Below, piece by piece: positions 18,553 through 29,425 of a stretch of 37,494 nucleotides of DNA. Every line of letters starts with the position of its first letter. The stretch's first letter is position 1. The notes under the pieces were generated by a model. That model did no database searches. It saw only the letters and a list, made by a program, of their open reading frames with translations, and was not told the DNA's origin. Source of the DNA: Novosphingobium sp. (GTDB lineage: Bacteria; Pseudomonadota; Alphaproteobacteria; Sphingomonadales; Sphingomonadaceae); the NCBI GenBank assembly GCA_021299075.1, contig JAJTFU010000024.1:1-37494 (forward strand). The letters run 5' to 3'. Both the position numbers and the translations under genes were made by a program.

Positions 18553-19209
18553 TCAGCCCAGCGCGTTGATGGTAAAGGCGATCACGCCGATGTTGAACAC
18601 GAAGGCGGCCAGGCTCTGGACCAGCACCAGCCGCCGCACCGATGGCGCGGTGATCTGCACATCGGAAGTCTGGAAGGTCATCCCCAGGGTAAAGGCGAAA
18701 TAGGCAAAATCGCTGTAATCCGGGTTGGGCGTGCCCGGAAACTCGATCCCGCCGCGATGCTCGCCCTTTGCGCTGCTGCCGAAGTAATAGCTGTGGGCAT
18801 AGTGCAGGGCATAGACCGAATTGGCGAAGAGCCAGGCCAGCACCAGGGTGACCAGCAGCTTGCCCATCGCCAGCTTGTCGCCGCCGCTCGCGGCTGCCAG
18901 CTCGCCGGAAATGGCGGCCATCACGACCAGCGCCAGCAGGCTGGAGATCACCACGATCAGCGTGCGGTTGGCATCGTTCTCGTCGGCATGGCGGCGCATT
19001 TCAGCCACGGGGAAATCCCGCAGCAGCGGCAGCAGCGAAAACAGGAACAGCGCCGCGGCAAAATCGAAGCCCATGGCCAGGGCATCCTGCCACGGAGCGG
19101 CCGGATTGAGCCAGGACCACAGCCCCGCCCCCAGTGGCAGCAGCAGGGCAAAGGCAATGAAGCGTGGTGGGGCCAGCCTGTTGCCGAGGGTTTTGGCTGG
19201 CCCGGTCAT
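18553..19209 (-). CDS. DUF1345 membrane protein
   Basis: YALHYAH.YY, FPGT..PDYSDFAYFAFTLGMTFQTSDV, FVFN. Confidence 0.88.
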   Translation of the reverse strand: MTGPAKTLGNRLAPPRFIAFALLLPLGAGLWSWLNPAAPWQDALAMGFDFAAALFLFSLLPLLRDFPVAEMRRHADENDANRTLIVVISSLLALVVMAAISGELAAASGGDKLAMGKLLVTLVLAWLFANSVYALHYAHSYYFGSSAKGEHRGGIEFPGTPNPDYSDFAYFAFTLGMTFQTSDVQITAPSVRRLVLVQSLAAFVFNIGVIAFTINALG

Positions 19210-19210
19210 G

Positions 19211-21184
19211 CTATTTGCCCTTCGGTTTTGCCTTCGCCGAAACCTTTGGCTGCGGCCGCTTCGGCGTCAAGAGCTGGTCCAGCCCGGTCGGTGCCGTGCC
19301 GGGCGCGGCGCGTTCCAGCCAGGGCCAGCGCAGGCCGCCCTTGTAGTCGATCTTGTAGGTGATGAAGCGGTCTCCGCGCTTGGTCAGCAGCTCCAGCGGC
19401 GCACCCGACTTGGCGGCCGTGATCGCGTTCTTGAGCTCGTCCTGGGTATAGCCCACGCCGTTGACCGCCAGCACCGTCGCGCCCGAAACGATCCCCGCCT
19501 TGAAGGCCGGCCCGTCCCACTGGGTGGCAGTCACCTTGGCGTCCTTTTCGATGGTGAGGCCGATCGAATGGGTCAGGTTGAGCGCCTTGGCACCGGCCAT
19601 CACGCCCTTGAAGAAGGGATTGGGCTCTTCCTTCCAGACCAGCTTGTAGCCGCCCAGCTCGATCCCCTTGAGCGGGGCCGGCTGGCCCGGGGTGTTGATC
19701 CGCTGATCGATCAGCCTGGCCCAGTCATAGGGGTAGACCTGGTTCAGCTTGGTAATGATTTCGTCGGTCTCGAAGGCGATCTGCCCCCAGTCGCCATCGC
19801 GCATCCCGAAGAACAGCTTGGCGAAATCGTCGATCGATTTCTTGCCGTCGGTACCCTGGCGGATGATCTGGTCGATCTCCAGCCAGATCAGCGCGCCCTC
19901 GGCGTAATAGTCCTCGCTGCGCGACAGACTGGCAAAGGGCTTGGGCTTGCGCGCGGCGAAGACCGGATCGAAGCCCGTATCCTCGATCGAACGCCAGCGG
20001 CGGCCGGGCTGTTCGGCAAAGTTGCCGGCCCAGGTCGCCAGCATGCCCAGCACCACATCCTTGCCCTGCAGGCCAGAGCGTGCGGCCAGGACCGTGCCCC
20101 AGAACTGGTCTTGCCCTTCATAGGTCCAGAGCAGATCGCCCTGCATCGGCTGGCGATAGTCCGGCGTCCACAGGCGGGCCGGGCGGCGGAACTTGCCGAT
20201 CCACGAATGGGCATATTCGTGGGGCAGCAGGTTGCGGTCCCACTCGTACTTTTCCCACTCGGTAAAGGCGCCGGGCTCGAGCTGGTTCTCGCTCGAGCGG
20301 TGATGCTCCAGCCCGATTCCGCCCATCCGGTCGGTCAGCGCGAGGAGGAATTCGTAGCGGTCGAAATGGTTGGCACCAAAAGCCAGCCGCGCTTCGACAA
20401 CGAGGTTGCGGTGCAGCTCGATCTGCTCGGGCTTGGCGGCAAGCTGCTCGGGCTTGTCAGCCACGACGTTGAGTGTGACGTTCTGGCCGAGGTCCCACTT
20501 GGCAAAGTGCTTGCCGGCGAACAGCGGCGAATCGACCAGCACTTCGTAAGTGTGCTCACCCCAGATCCAGCGATTGTCCTCGCGCTTCAGGCCATCGAGC
20601 GCCCCGGCGACGGTCCACCCAGCCGGCACGGTCACGCTGGGCCGCACCTTGATCTGGCGGACGTAGTGCCCGGCGGGATAGAGGCTCATCTTCTCCCACT
20701 GCAGGTTGAGCATTTCCTGCGTCATGGTGATCCGGCCTTCGCTCGATTGCAGCGGGCTGGTGTGGATGAACCTGGCAGTCACATCCTTGGCCCCGGCCGG
20801 AATGTCGATGTGGAAGGCGTTGACCTCGACCGGATCGCGCTTCCAGCGCAGCACCTGACCGCCCGAGGTGAAGGTCACGTCGACCAGCTCGGCCAGCGGC
20901 CCGCGCGGGCCGTGGTTGCCGGGCAGCCACTGCGGGAACAGCAGGGTCAGGCGGCTCGTGCCAGGCACGACGGGCACGGTCTGGGTGACCCGATAGGCCC
21001 CGCGCAGGGTATCGGTGGCGTCGATGTCGAGCACCATCGTCCCGCCCGGATAGGGCACGTCCGCAGCGTCGGGCACCTGGCGCGACAGCGGCACGGCCAT
21101 GGGGGCCGAGAGGGTGGAGGAAATGGCCGGGGCGGCCAGTGCGAGCCCCAGCGCAGCGATGACGGTTGCAGTGCGACGCTTCAT
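19211..21184 (-). CDS. M61 family glycyl aminopeptidase with C-terminal PDZ domain
   Basis: Signal peptide; WLPG, LVDSP, GLEH..S, HEYAHSW zinc motif, LWTYEG, YYAEG, PDZ-like [13 protein letters not shown]. Confidence 0.9.
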   Translation of the reverse strand: MKRRTATVIAALGLALAAPAISSTLSAPMAVPLSRQVPDAADVPYPGGTMVLDIDATDTLRGAYRVTQTVPVVPGTSRLTLLFPQWLPGNHGPRGPLAELVDVTFTSGGQVLRWKRDPVEVNAFHIDIPAGAKDVTARFIHTSPLQSSEGRITMTQEMLNLQWEKMSLYPAGHYVRQIKVRPSVTVPAGWTVAGALDGLKREDNRWIWGEHTYEVLVDSPLFAGKHFAKWDLGQNVTLNVVADKPEQLAAKPEQIELHRNLVVEARLAFGANHFDRYEFLLALTDRMGGIGLEHHRSSENQLEPGAFTEWEKYEWDRNLLPHEYAHSWIGKFRRPARLWTPDYRQPMQGDLLWTYEGQDQFWGTVLAARSGLQGKDVVLGMLATWAGNFAEQPGRRWRSIEDTGFDPVFAARKPKPFASLSRSEDYYAEGALIWLEIDQIIRQGTDGKKSIDDFAKLFFGMRDGDWGQIAFETDEIITKLNQVYPYDWARLIDQRINTPGQPAPLKGIELGGYKLVWKEEPNPFFKGVMAGAKALNLTHSIGLTIEKDAKVTATQWDGPAFKAGIVSGATVLAVNGVGYTQDELKNAITAAKSGAPLELLTKRGDRFITYKIDYKGGLRWPWLERAAPGTAPTGLDQLLTPKRPQPKVSAKAKPKGK

Positions 21185-21273
21185 GGGCGTCGTCCTTGGC
21201 GGCATCCGCGCGGGAGAGCAAGATTCGCCTGCGCTCTTTTCGATCTGCACCGTTCCGGCTAGGGGCGTGGCCC

Positions 21274-22509
21274 ATGAGCACACCACAGGCAATTCGCGGC
21301 ACGCAAGACATCTTCGGCGCAGAGGCCGAGGCCTTTGCCCACGTGGTCGAAACCTTCGAGCGGATCCGCAAGCTCTACCGCTTCCGCCGGGTCGAAATGC
21401 CGGTGTTCGAAAAGACCGAAGTGTTCAGCCGCTCGATCGGCGAGACTACCGATGTCGTCTCCAAGGAAATGTACAGCTTCGAGGACCGCGGCGGGGATTC
21501 GCTGACCCTGCGGCCCGAGTTCACGGCCGGCATCTGCCGCGCTTACCTGACCAACGGCTGGCAGCAGTATGCCCCGGTCAAGCTGGCGACGCATGGCCCG
21601 CTGTTCCGCTATGAGCGCCCGCAAAAGGGCCGCTACCGTCAGTTCCACCAGCTTGATGCCGAGATCATCGGCGCAGGGGAACCACAAGCAGACGTCGAGT
21701 TGCTGGTCATGGCCGATCAGTTGCTCAAGGAACTCGGCATTGCCGATGGCGTCACGCTGATGCTCAACACGCTGGGCGACGGCGCCAGCCGCGAGGCATG
21801 GCGCGCCGCGCTGGTCGAATACTTCCGCGCCGTGAAGGGCGAGCTGTCCGAAGATTCACAGAACCGGCTGGAACGCAACCCGCTGCGCATCCTCGATAGC
21901 AAGGACCCGCGCGACAAGGCCTTCACCGAAGCCGCGCCCAAGATCGACGATTTCCTGAGTGCTGAGGCGCAGGACTTCTTCGCCAAGGTCACCTCTGGCC
22001 TCGACGCCGCCGGCGTCGCCTGGACCCGCGCGCCCGCACTGGTCCGCGGGCTCGACTACTATCGCCACACCGCGTTCGAGTTCGTCACCGACCGGCTTGG
22101 CGCGCAAGGCACCGTGCTCGGCGGCGGGCGCTATGACGGGCTGATGGAAAGCCTCGGCGGTGCGCATACCCCGGCGGTCGGTTGGGCTGCGGGGGTGGAG
22201 CGGCTGGCGATGCTGGTGGCCGATGCCGGACAGGTTGCCGCCGATCTGCAGGATGTGATCCTGGCGATCGAGGCCGCCATCGGATTCGGGATCGCCGCGC
22301 TCAAGGCGCTGCGCAGCGCGGGCCTGTCGGCCGACATGATCGCCACTGGCTCGCCGCGCAAGCGCTTCGACAAGGCATCGAAGCTGCTGTCGCGGGTGTT
22401 GGTCGGGGTGGCGCTGCGTGACGGCAAGATCGCCTGCAACGTCCGCTCCGCGGAACACGTCGAAGTCCTGGCTCGGGTCAACGCGGTGCTGGAAGCACTC
22501 ACCGCCTGA
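21274..22509 (+). CDS. hisS: Histidine--tRNA ligase
   Basis: [55 protein letters not shown]. Confidence 0.96.
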   Translation: MSTPQAIRGTQDIFGAEAEAFAHVVETFERIRKLYRFRRVEMPVFEKTEVFSRSIGETTDVVSKEMYSFEDRGGDSLTLRPEFTAGICRAYLTNGWQQYAPVKLATHGPLFRYERPQKGRYRQFHQLDAEIIGAGEPQADVELLVMADQLLKELGIADGVTLMLNTLGDGASREAWRAALVEYFRAVKGELSEDSQNRLERNPLRILDSKDPRDKAFTEAAPKIDDFLSAEAQDFFAKVTSGLDAAGVAWTRAPALVRGLDYYRHTAFEFVTDRLGAQGTVLGGGRYDGLMESLGGAHTPAVGWAAGVERLAMLVADAGQVAADLQDVILAIEAAIGFGIAALKALRSAGLSADMIATGSPRKRFDKASKLLSRVLVGVALRDGKIACNVRSAEHVEVLARVNAVLEALTA

Positions 22510-23573
22510 TGTCCGTCCCCGACGCCCGTCTCCGCCAGATTTCCGCCCGCTTCGCCGAACTCGAGGCGCGGCTGGCTTCGGGCCAGCTGGAGGGCAAGGA
22601 CTTCGTCGCCGCCAGCCGCGACTTTTCCGAGCTGGAACCGGTGGCGCGGCTGGCCGAAGAGGTCATGGCGATGCGCGCCGAACTCGCCAGCCTGGCCGAG
22701 CTGGACGATCCCGAAATGCGCGAGCTGGCCGAGGAGGAAATCGAGCGGCTTAAGAGCGAGCTGCCCGAGGCCGAACACCGGCTGTCGATCGCCATGCTGC
22801 CGCGCGATTCGGCCGACAGCCGCTCGGCCATGCTCGAAATCCGCGCCGGGACCGGGGGCGACGAGGCCGCGCTGTTCGCGGGCGATCTCTACCGGATGTA
22901 CGAACGCTTTGCCGCCGAACAGGGCTGGCGGGTCGAGCCGGTCAGCATGAGCCCGTCCGAAGTTGGCGGCTTCAAGGAAGTCGTGGCCCAGGTCACCGGC
23001 AATGGCGTGTTCGCCAAGCTGAAGTTCGAAAGCGGCGTGCACCGCGTCCAGCGCGTGCCGGTGACCGAAAGCGGCGGGCGCATCCACACCTCGGCCGCGA
23101 CCGTGGCCGTGCTGCCTGAGCCGGACGAAGTCGACGTGCAGATCGAGGACAAGGACCTCAAGATCGATGTCTACCGCGCCTCTGGCGCTGGCGGGCAGCA
23201 CGTCAACACGACCGATTCCGCAGTTCGCATCACCCATTTGCCGACCAATACGGTGGTGACCTGCCAGGATGGCCGCAGCCAGCACAAGAACAAGGAAAAG
23301 GCGATGCAGGTGCTGCGCGCCCGCCTGTTCGAGGCCCAGCGCGAGGCCGTGCAGGGTGAGGAAGCCGCCGCGCGCAAGGCGATGGTCGGGTCGGGTGACC
23401 GGTCCGAACGCATCCGCACCTACAACTTCCCGCAAGGGCGGGTGACCGACCACCGCATCAACCTGACTTTGCACCGCCTGCCCGAAATCCTTGAGGGGCC
23501 GGGCCTGAGCGAGCTGGTCGACGCGCTGATCGCCGAGGACCAGGCCAAGCGGCTCGCGGCGCTCGGCGAGTGA
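22509..23573 (+). CDS. prfA: Peptide chain release factor 1
   Basis: [14 protein letters not shown] anticodon-mimic motif, [15 protein letters not shown]. Confidence 0.97.
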   Translation: MSVPDARLRQISARFAELEARLASGQLEGKDFVAASRDFSELEPVARLAEEVMAMRAELASLAELDDPEMRELAEEEIERLKSELPEAEHRLSIAMLPRDSADSRSAMLEIRAGTGGDEAALFAGDLYRMYERFAAEQGWRVEPVSMSPSEVGGFKEVVAQVTGNGVFAKLKFESGVHRVQRVPVTESGGRIHTSAATVAVLPEPDEVDVQIEDKDLKIDVYRASGAGGQHVNTTDSAVRITHLPTNTVVTCQDGRSQHKNKEKAMQVLRARLFEAQREAVQGEEAAARKAMVGSGDRSERIRTYNFPQGRVTDHRINLTLHRLPEILEGPGLSELVDALIAEDQAKRLAALGE

Positions 23574-24442
23574 CGGCGCCCGCAGCCCAGACCGTTGCCG
23601 AAGCGATCCGCGCCGCGACCGAACTGCTGGGTTCACGCACCGATTCTGCCCGGCTCGATGCCGAGCTGCTGATGGCCGAGGCGCTGGGCGTGCGCCGCTC
23701 GGACCTGTTCCTGCGGCATATGCGCGATCCTGCCCCGCCCGCCTTTGCCGAGCTGGTCGCGCGCCGCGCCGCGCATGAGCCGGTCGCCTATATCCGCGGT
23801 CACCAGGAGTTCTTCGGCCTGCCCTTCATGGTCACGCCCGACGTGCTGATCCCGCGCGGCGATAGCGAGACGCTGGTCGAGGCGGCGCTGGCGGCGCGGC
23901 CCGATGCGGCCCGGGTGCTCGATTGCGGCACCGGGTCAGGCGCGCTGCTGCTGGCCGTGCTGAACGAGCTGCCGCAGGCCACCGGGATCGGCATCGACCG
24001 GTCCGAACCCGCAGTGGCAGTGGCCCGGGCCAATGCCACCCGGCTGGGCCTGGGCGAACGCGCCCGGATGATTCGCGCCGACTGGCATGCAGCCGGCTGG
24101 AGCGGCGATCTCGGCGGCCCGTTCGACCTGATTCTTGCCAATCCGCCTTATGTGGAAACCGATGCACCGCTCGACCCTACGGTCAGGGATCACGAACCGG
24201 CGGGTGCGCTGTTTGCCGGTCCCGACGGGCTCGATGACTACCGCGTGCTGGTGCCGCAATTGCCAGACTTGCTGGCCGACCAAGGCGTTGCCCTGGTCGA
24301 AATCGGCCATACCCAGGCCGATGCCGTCACCGCGATCGGCGTGGGGGCCGGTCTTTCGGCACTGTTGCATAAAGACCTCGGCGGCCGACCCCGCGTGCTC
24401 GAATTCAAGAAAGCGCTTGGCTTTGGCGGACCGAGCGCGTAA
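23570..24442 (+). CDS. prmC: Release factor glutamine methyltransferase
   Basis: [16 protein letters not shown]; directly after prfA. Confidence 0.95.
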   Translation: MTAPAAQTVAEAIRAATELLGSRTDSARLDAELLMAEALGVRRSDLFLRHMRDPAPPAFAELVARRAAHEPVAYIRGHQEFFGLPFMVTPDVLIPRGDSETLVEAALAARPDAARVLDCGTGSGALLLAVLNELPQATGIGIDRSEPAVAVARANATRLGLGERARMIRADWHAAGWSGDLGGPFDLILANPPYVETDAPLDPTVRDHEPAGALFAGPDGLDDYRVLVPQLPDLLADQGVALVEIGHTQADAVTAIGVGAGLSALLHKDLGGRPRVLEFKKALGFGGPSA

Positions 24443-24619
24443 GTCTGGATGCAGGCCGAGGCTGGCACGCGAACAGGCGTCCCCACGGTTCACTCCAGCA
24501 TTTGCACCGACTCTGGCCTTAACCGGCCGGTTCAACCAGCAGATGTCGGGCCCCGGCGCGCGATGGTTGCCACCGGGGGTTTACGGGTCGCGCGGCCCCA
24601 CAGCCGCTGAAACAGGGAA

Positions 24620-25414
24620 TTGAAACCCTTGAACAACAATAACCGTGGTAACAACAATCGTCGGCGCGGCCGTGGCAATCGTCAGGGCGGTGGTGGCGGC
24701 GGCCAGCAACTCAACCGGATCGACAGCCGCGCGCGGGGCAATGCGCCGCAGCTGCTGGAAAAGTATCGCAAGCTGGCGCAGGATGCGCACCTCAACGGCG
24801 ATCGCGTTACTGCCGAATATTACCTGCAATTTGCCGATCACTATTTCCGCGTGATCGCCGATCAGCGCCAGCGCCAGGAAGAGCAGCGCCGCCCGCGTGA
24901 CGAACGCTGGCAGGAAGGCGCCGAGGGTGAGCGCGAGGATGGCGACGACGCCAACGATTTCACCACCGACAACGATTTCCCGAGCTTTGACCAGCCCGTC
25001 TATAACCGCCGCGAGCGCGAAGACAGCCCGCGCCGCGACGTGCGCGAGGAAGAAACCCCGCGCGGCGAAGATGATGGCGGCGAAGAACGCGCTTCGGCCA
25101 ATCCCTATGAACCGCCCGAGAACCCGTTCGTCCGCGGCAACCGTGAAGAGCGCGCGCCCCGCGAAGAACGCGGTCTGCGTCCGCGCCGGGGTCAGGACGA
25201 TCGGGGCGATCGCCGCCCGCGCCGCGAGGAAAACGATGGTGAGCCCGCCGGGCTCGATCCGTCGCTGCTTCCGCCGGCCATCGGCGTGCGTGACGAAGCG
25301 CCCGCTGCCGACGCAGCACCTGAAGCCCAAGCTGAGGCCAAGCCGCGCCGCAAGCCGCTGCGCCGCAAGCCGTCGGCCGACGGGGCCGATGAACAGCTCG
25401 AATCGGCGAAGTGA
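24620..25414 (+). CDS. DUF4167 domain protein
   Basis: RGNAPQLLEKYRKLAQDA..GDRV.AEYYLQFADHYFRV core, with an N/R/G-rich N-terminus and a charged tail. TTG start at 24620 or 24629. Confidence 0.85.
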   Translation: MKPLNNNNRGNNNRRRGRGNRQGGGGGGQQLNRIDSRARGNAPQLLEKYRKLAQDAHLNGDRVTAEYYLQFADHYFRVIADQRQRQEEQRRPRDERWQEGAEGEREDGDDANDFTTDNDFPSFDQPVYNRREREDSPRRDVREEETPRGEDDGGEERASANPYEPPENPFVRGNREERAPREERGLRPRRGQDDRGDRRPRREENDGEPAGLDPSLLPPAIGVRDEAPAADAAPEAQAEAKPRRKPLRRKPSADGADEQLESAK

Positions 25415-25434
25415 TCCCGGGTTGAGCGCCTAGC

Positions 25435-26994
25435 TTGCGCCGCTGGCTGGCCCTCGCCCTGAACCATCCGCGCAAACTGGCGCTGGGCCTGGGGGCGCTT
25501 GCCGCCACCGGGTTCCAGCCGCTGGGCTTGTGGCCATTGACCTTGCTGGCCGTGGCCGGGCTGATCGCGCTGGTCCGCCAGGCGCCTACGTGGAAGCAGG
25601 CGACGCTGATCGGCTGGTGCTTCGGGGTCGGCCACTTCACCCTTGGCAACAACTGGATCGCCACGGCCTTTACCTATCAGGCCAATATGCCGGCCTGGCT
25701 GGGCTGGGTCGCGGTGGTCCTGCTCTCGTTCTATCTGGCGGTCTATCCGGCGCTGGCTGCCCTCACCGGCTGGCTGGCGCGGCGGTCGGTCCCGGGGCTG
25801 GTGCTTGCGCTGGCCGCCGGCTGGATCATCAGCGAATGGCTGCGCGCATGGGTCTTTACCGGCTTTGCCTGGAACCCGCTGGGGGTCGCGGCACTGGGCG
25901 GGTTTGAGCGGCCGGGCCTGGCCTTGCTGCTGCCCTGGCTGGGGACCTATGCCCTGTCCGGACTGGTCGTGCTGCTGGCCGGGTGCTGGTGGGCCGCTGC
26001 CGCGCGCGGCAAGCGCGATCCGCGCGGACTGGCCTTGCTGCTGGCGCCAATTGCGGCGCTGCTGCTGCCGCAGCTGTCTGCCCCGCCCAATGATGTGACC
26101 GCGCACCGCTATACCCTGGTCCAGCCCGATATCCGTCAGGAGATCCTCAACGATCCGGCCTGGTTCGAAGCGCAGTACCAGCGACTGGCCGGGCTCTCCA
26201 AGGGCGCGGGAGATCGCCTGGTGCTCTGGCCCGAGAGCGGCGTGCCGGACTACCTGCGCGATGGCTATCCGGAGCGGTATTATCTCGACACGTACGGTGC
26301 CGATCCGGCCCTCGCCCGTCGCCGGCTCGGCATGGCAATCGGCCCGGAAGCGATGTTGCTGACTGGCACCGTCGATCTGGAGATCGCAGGCGGCCGCGCG
26401 GTCGGCGCGCGCAATGCGGTGACCGCGCTCGACGGCAGTGGCACGATCCGTGCCGGCTATGCCAAGGCGCACCTGGTTCCCTACGGCGAATACCTGGCCC
26501 TGCGCTGGCTGCTCGAACCGCTCGGCGTGGAGCGACTGGTTCCCGGCGGGATCGACTTCTGGCCGGGTCCGGGGCCGCGCACGCTGGACCTGGGCCGCTT
26601 TGGCAAGGCCGGGATCCAGATCTGCTACGAGATCATCTTCTCCGGCCAGGTGGTCGATCCGGACAATCGCCCGGACTTCCTGTTCAACCCATCGAACGAC
26701 GGCTGGTTCGGGGCCTGGGGCCCGCCGCAACACCTCGCCCAGGCGAGGCTGCGCGCGATCGAGGAGGGGCTGCCGGTGCTGCGCTCCACGACCACCGGCA
26801 TTTCCGCTGTCGTCGATGGCTACGGCGTAGTCCGCCAGCATGTGCCGCGGCTGGTGCCTGGTCGGCTTGACGGCCAGGTTCCCGCCGCGCTGGCCCCCAC
26901 CCTGTTTTCGCGCCTGGGCAATGTCTTGCCGCTTGGCTGGGCCATAGTTCTTCTTGCCGCAGGAATGGTTGCCAGCCGCCGCCGCAAAGGCTAG
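25435..26994 (+). CDS. lnt: Apolipoprotein N-acyltransferase
   Basis: Catalytic triad contexts WPES, KAHLVPYGEY and QICYEIIF; NDGWFG, QHL..ARLRAIE; N-terminal TM helices. Confidence 0.94.
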   Translation: MRRWLALALNHPRKLALGLGALAATGFQPLGLWPLTLLAVAGLIALVRQAPTWKQATLIGWCFGVGHFTLGNNWIATAFTYQANMPAWLGWVAVVLLSFYLAVYPALAALTGWLARRSVPGLVLALAAGWIISEWLRAWVFTGFAWNPLGVAALGGFERPGLALLLPWLGTYALSGLVVLLAGCWWAAAARGKRDPRGLALLLAPIAALLLPQLSAPPNDVTAHRYTLVQPDIRQEILNDPAWFEAQYQRLAGLSKGAGDRLVLWPESGVPDYLRDGYPERYYLDTYGADPALARRRLGMAIGPEAMLLTGTVDLEIAGGRAVGARNAVTALDGSGTIRAGYAKAHLVPYGEYLALRWLLEPLGVERLVPGGIDFWPGPGPRTLDLGRFGKAGIQICYEIIFSGQVVDPDNRPDFLFNPSNDGWFGAWGPPQHLAQARLRAIEEGLPVLRSTTTGISAVVDGYGVVRQHVPRLVPGRLDGQVPAALAPTLFSRLGNVLPLGWAIVLLAAGMVASRRRKG

Positions 26995-27001
26995 GGAAGC
27001 C

Positions 27002-27021
27002 ATATAAAGATTCCTTTATAT
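27002..27021. promoter_or_regulatory. SahR-like operator upstream of metK
   Basis: Perfect palindrome ATATAAAG-attc-CTTTATAT ending 10 bp before the metK ATG. Resembles the 20-bp SahR (ArsR-family) box of SAM-cycle genes. Confidence 0.7.
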
Positions 27022-27031
27022 CGAGGACGCG

Positions 27032-28237
27032 ATGCGCACCGACTATCTCTTCACTTCCGAAAGCGTTTCCGAAGGCCATCCCGACAAGGTGGCTGACCAG
27101 ATCTCGGATTCGATCGTCGACCTGTTCCTGTCGAAGGATCCCGAAGCGCGCATCGCCTGCGAAACACTGACCACGACCCAGCTGGTGGTCCTGGCCGGCG
27201 AAATCCGCTGCAAGGGCGTTTACGAGAACGGCGAATGGGCTCCCGGCGCCAAGGAAGAGATCGAGGCGACCGTTCGCCAGACCGTCAAGGACATTGGCTA
27301 CGCTCAGTCCGGCTTCCACTGGGAACAGTTCGAATTCATCAACCGCCTGCACGGCCAGTCGGCGCATATCGCCCAGGGCGTTGATGCCAATGCCAACAAG
27401 GACGAAGGCGCGGGCGACCAGGGCATCATGTTCGGCTACGCGACCGACGAAACGCCCGACCTGATGCCGGCGACGCTCTATTACAGCCACAAGATCCTCG
27501 AGAAGATGGCCGAAGACCGCCACTCTGGCGCGGCCCCGTTCCTGGAACCCGACGCCAAGAGCCAGGTCACGCTGCGCTATGAAGGCAGCTTGCCGGTTGC
27601 CGCGACCGCCGTGGTCGTCAGCACCCAGCACGCCCCCGGCTATGACGAGGGCGACAAGGAAGCCGAGCTCCACGCCTATGTGAAGCGCGTCGTGGCCGAA
27701 GTGATCCCGCCGGTGCTGCTGCGTGAGACCGAGTATTTCATCAACCCGACCGGCAGCTTCGAGATCGGCGGACCCGACGGCGACGCCGGCCTCACGGGCC
27801 GCAAGATCATCGTCGACACCTATGGCGGCGCGGCCCCGCACGGCGGCGGTGCCTTCTCGGGCAAGGACCCGACCAAGGTTGACCGGTCAGCTGCCTATAT
27901 CAGCCGCTATCTGGCGAAGAACGTGGTTGCCGCGGGCCTCGCCACGCGCTGCACGATCCAGCTGGCCTATGCGATCGGCGTGTCGAAGCCGCTGTCGCTC
28001 TATGTTGACACGCACGAGACCGGGACTGTCGGCGACGACAAGATCGAAGCTGCGATCCTGGGCCTGCCCAAGCTTGGCGGCCTGACCCCGCGCGCGATCC
28101 GCACGCACTTGGGCCTCAACAAGCCGATCTACCGGCCGACTGCGGCCTATGGCCACTTCGGCCGCAAGGCTGAAGGCGATCTGTTCCCCTGGGAGCGGCT
28201 CGATCTGGCCGAGGACCTGAAGGCGGCGCTGGGCTGA
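27032..28237 (+). CDS. metK: S-adenosylmethionine synthetase
   Basis: [48 protein letters not shown]. Confidence 0.97.
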   Translation: MRTDYLFTSESVSEGHPDKVADQISDSIVDLFLSKDPEARIACETLTTTQLVVLAGEIRCKGVYENGEWAPGAKEEIEATVRQTVKDIGYAQSGFHWEQFEFINRLHGQSAHIAQGVDANANKDEGAGDQGIMFGYATDETPDLMPATLYYSHKILEKMAEDRHSGAAPFLEPDAKSQVTLRYEGSLPVAATAVVVSTQHAPGYDEGDKEAELHAYVKRVVAEVIPPVLLRETEYFINPTGSFEIGGPDGDAGLTGRKIIVDTYGGAAPHGGGAFSGKDPTKVDRSAAYISRYLAKNVVAAGLATRCTIQLAYAIGVSKPLSLYVDTHETGTVGDDKIEAAILGLPKLGGLTPRAIRTHLGLNKPIYRPTAAYGHFGRKAEGDLFPWERLDLAEDLKAALG

Positions 28238-28264
28238 GCGGAACCCGCCCGCCAAGGCTACAGC

Positions 28265-28294
28265 GGGTGACACTGTGCCATCCAAGTGTCACCC
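28265..28294. terminator. Hairpin after metK (terminator or REP-like remnant)
   Basis: GGGTGACACT-N10-AGTGTCACCC perfect 10-bp stem, no U tract. Confidence 0.45.
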
Positions 28295-28449
28295 TGCCGA
28301 CTGCCTGGATTTCCAGGCGACTTTCATGCTGTGAGCCTAATGCCGAGGCGGGCTGGCGGCTGTCTGACGTTTTCTCGCACGCTGCCTCTCGATGAACCGG
28401 TAGATTGCGGCGGCACAGCTGACGATTTCGGAACAGGCGTGCAAAAAAC

Positions 28450-29334
28450 CTAAGCAAATAGTCCGATCAGTTCTTCCAACTTGGAATCTGCGGCATCCTG
28501 CGAAAGCGTAATGGCGCTGACCACATAGCGTGCGCCATCGGCAAGCGGCGTTGGCATGATTACAAGGTTCGATCCGCGTATTTCTCGGCGTGCGAAGGAT
28601 TCCGGCAGGAGCGTGATCAGATCGCATTGCTCGGCCAATGCCAGACAGGTTGAGAGGCTCAATATGCGATAATGGGGGAATCCGGCACGGCGATACTTGT
28701 GCTCTATCTGCGTCGGAATGGCAGAGCGATACAACCTATCATAGCCTGGTATGGCCCACCGGAAGGCGAGCATCTCGTCCAGCGAATGGTTGCCACTCAG
28801 TGCAGGATGGTCTGGATGCAACACCGCAACATAAGTTTCGTCGATGACCTTGGCGATGCGCAGAGTTCGTTTTGCCGGAAAGGCACTGACAGTCGTGGAA
28901 TGATACAGCAGAAGATCGGCTTCTCGGCTGCGCAAACGGGCGATCGCGATGTCGGGCGGTAATGTTTCGACCGACAGTCGAATGTCGGGATGGGCCTTGT
29001 AAAAGGCTGCCAGAATCGGCGCCAGTGAAGCTTCGATTACCGCCGGTCCGGTGATCAGACGGATGTGCTGCTTGCCTGATACAACCTCTTCACCGATCTG
29101 GTCGGCAAAGGTAATCAGCTCTTCGGCCCGTGCCGCCAACCTTACGCCCGCCGCCGTCGGCACGACCTGCCGAGTTGTCCTGTCAAACACGTCAGCGCCC
29201 AGCTCTTGCTCGAGCTGCTGCACAGATTTGGTAAGCGCAGAGTGAGTCATGCCCAGTTCGGCGGCGGCGCGCGTGAAACTTCGATTGTGAAATATGGCGA
29301 GGAAGCGCCGCAGCCTGGTCAGGTTCAGATCCAT
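28450..29334 (-). CDS. LysR family transcriptional regulator
   Basis: HTH LRRF..SFTRAAAELGMTHSALTKSVQQLEQELGADVFDRTTR.V.PT.AG; divergent from the desaturase gene. Confidence 0.9.
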   Translation of the reverse strand: MDLNLTRLRRFLAIFHNRSFTRAAAELGMTHSALTKSVQQLEQELGADVFDRTTRQVVPTAAGVRLAARAEELITFADQIGEEVVSGKQHIRLITGPAVIEASLAPILAAFYKAHPDIRLSVETLPPDIAIARLRSREADLLLYHSTTVSAFPAKRTLRIAKVIDETYVAVLHPDHPALSGNHSLDEMLAFRWAIPGYDRLYRSAIPTQIEHKYRRAGFPHYRILSLSTCLALAEQCDLITLLPESFARREIRGSNLVIMPTPLADGARYVVSAITLSQDAADSKLEELIGLFA

Positions 29335-29425
29335 GTTCCACAAACTACATAATCACAGCCTATTATTCAATTTTAAATCACGTTTACCGCGGGTATTCCT
29401 GCTGTGAAATTGGGGGAAGAACGCC

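Noticed and set aside
22220-22509. HisS C-terminal anticodon-binding region looks short and divergent ([12 protein letters not shown] may lack a couple of residues)
   Set aside because: Total length (411 aa) is normal and this region is variable. An indel cannot be supported without an alignment.
24462-24480. TGGCACG as a possible sigma54 -24 element upstream of DUF4167
   Set aside because: No TTGC -12 element at the required spacing (the sequence is CGAACAGGC).
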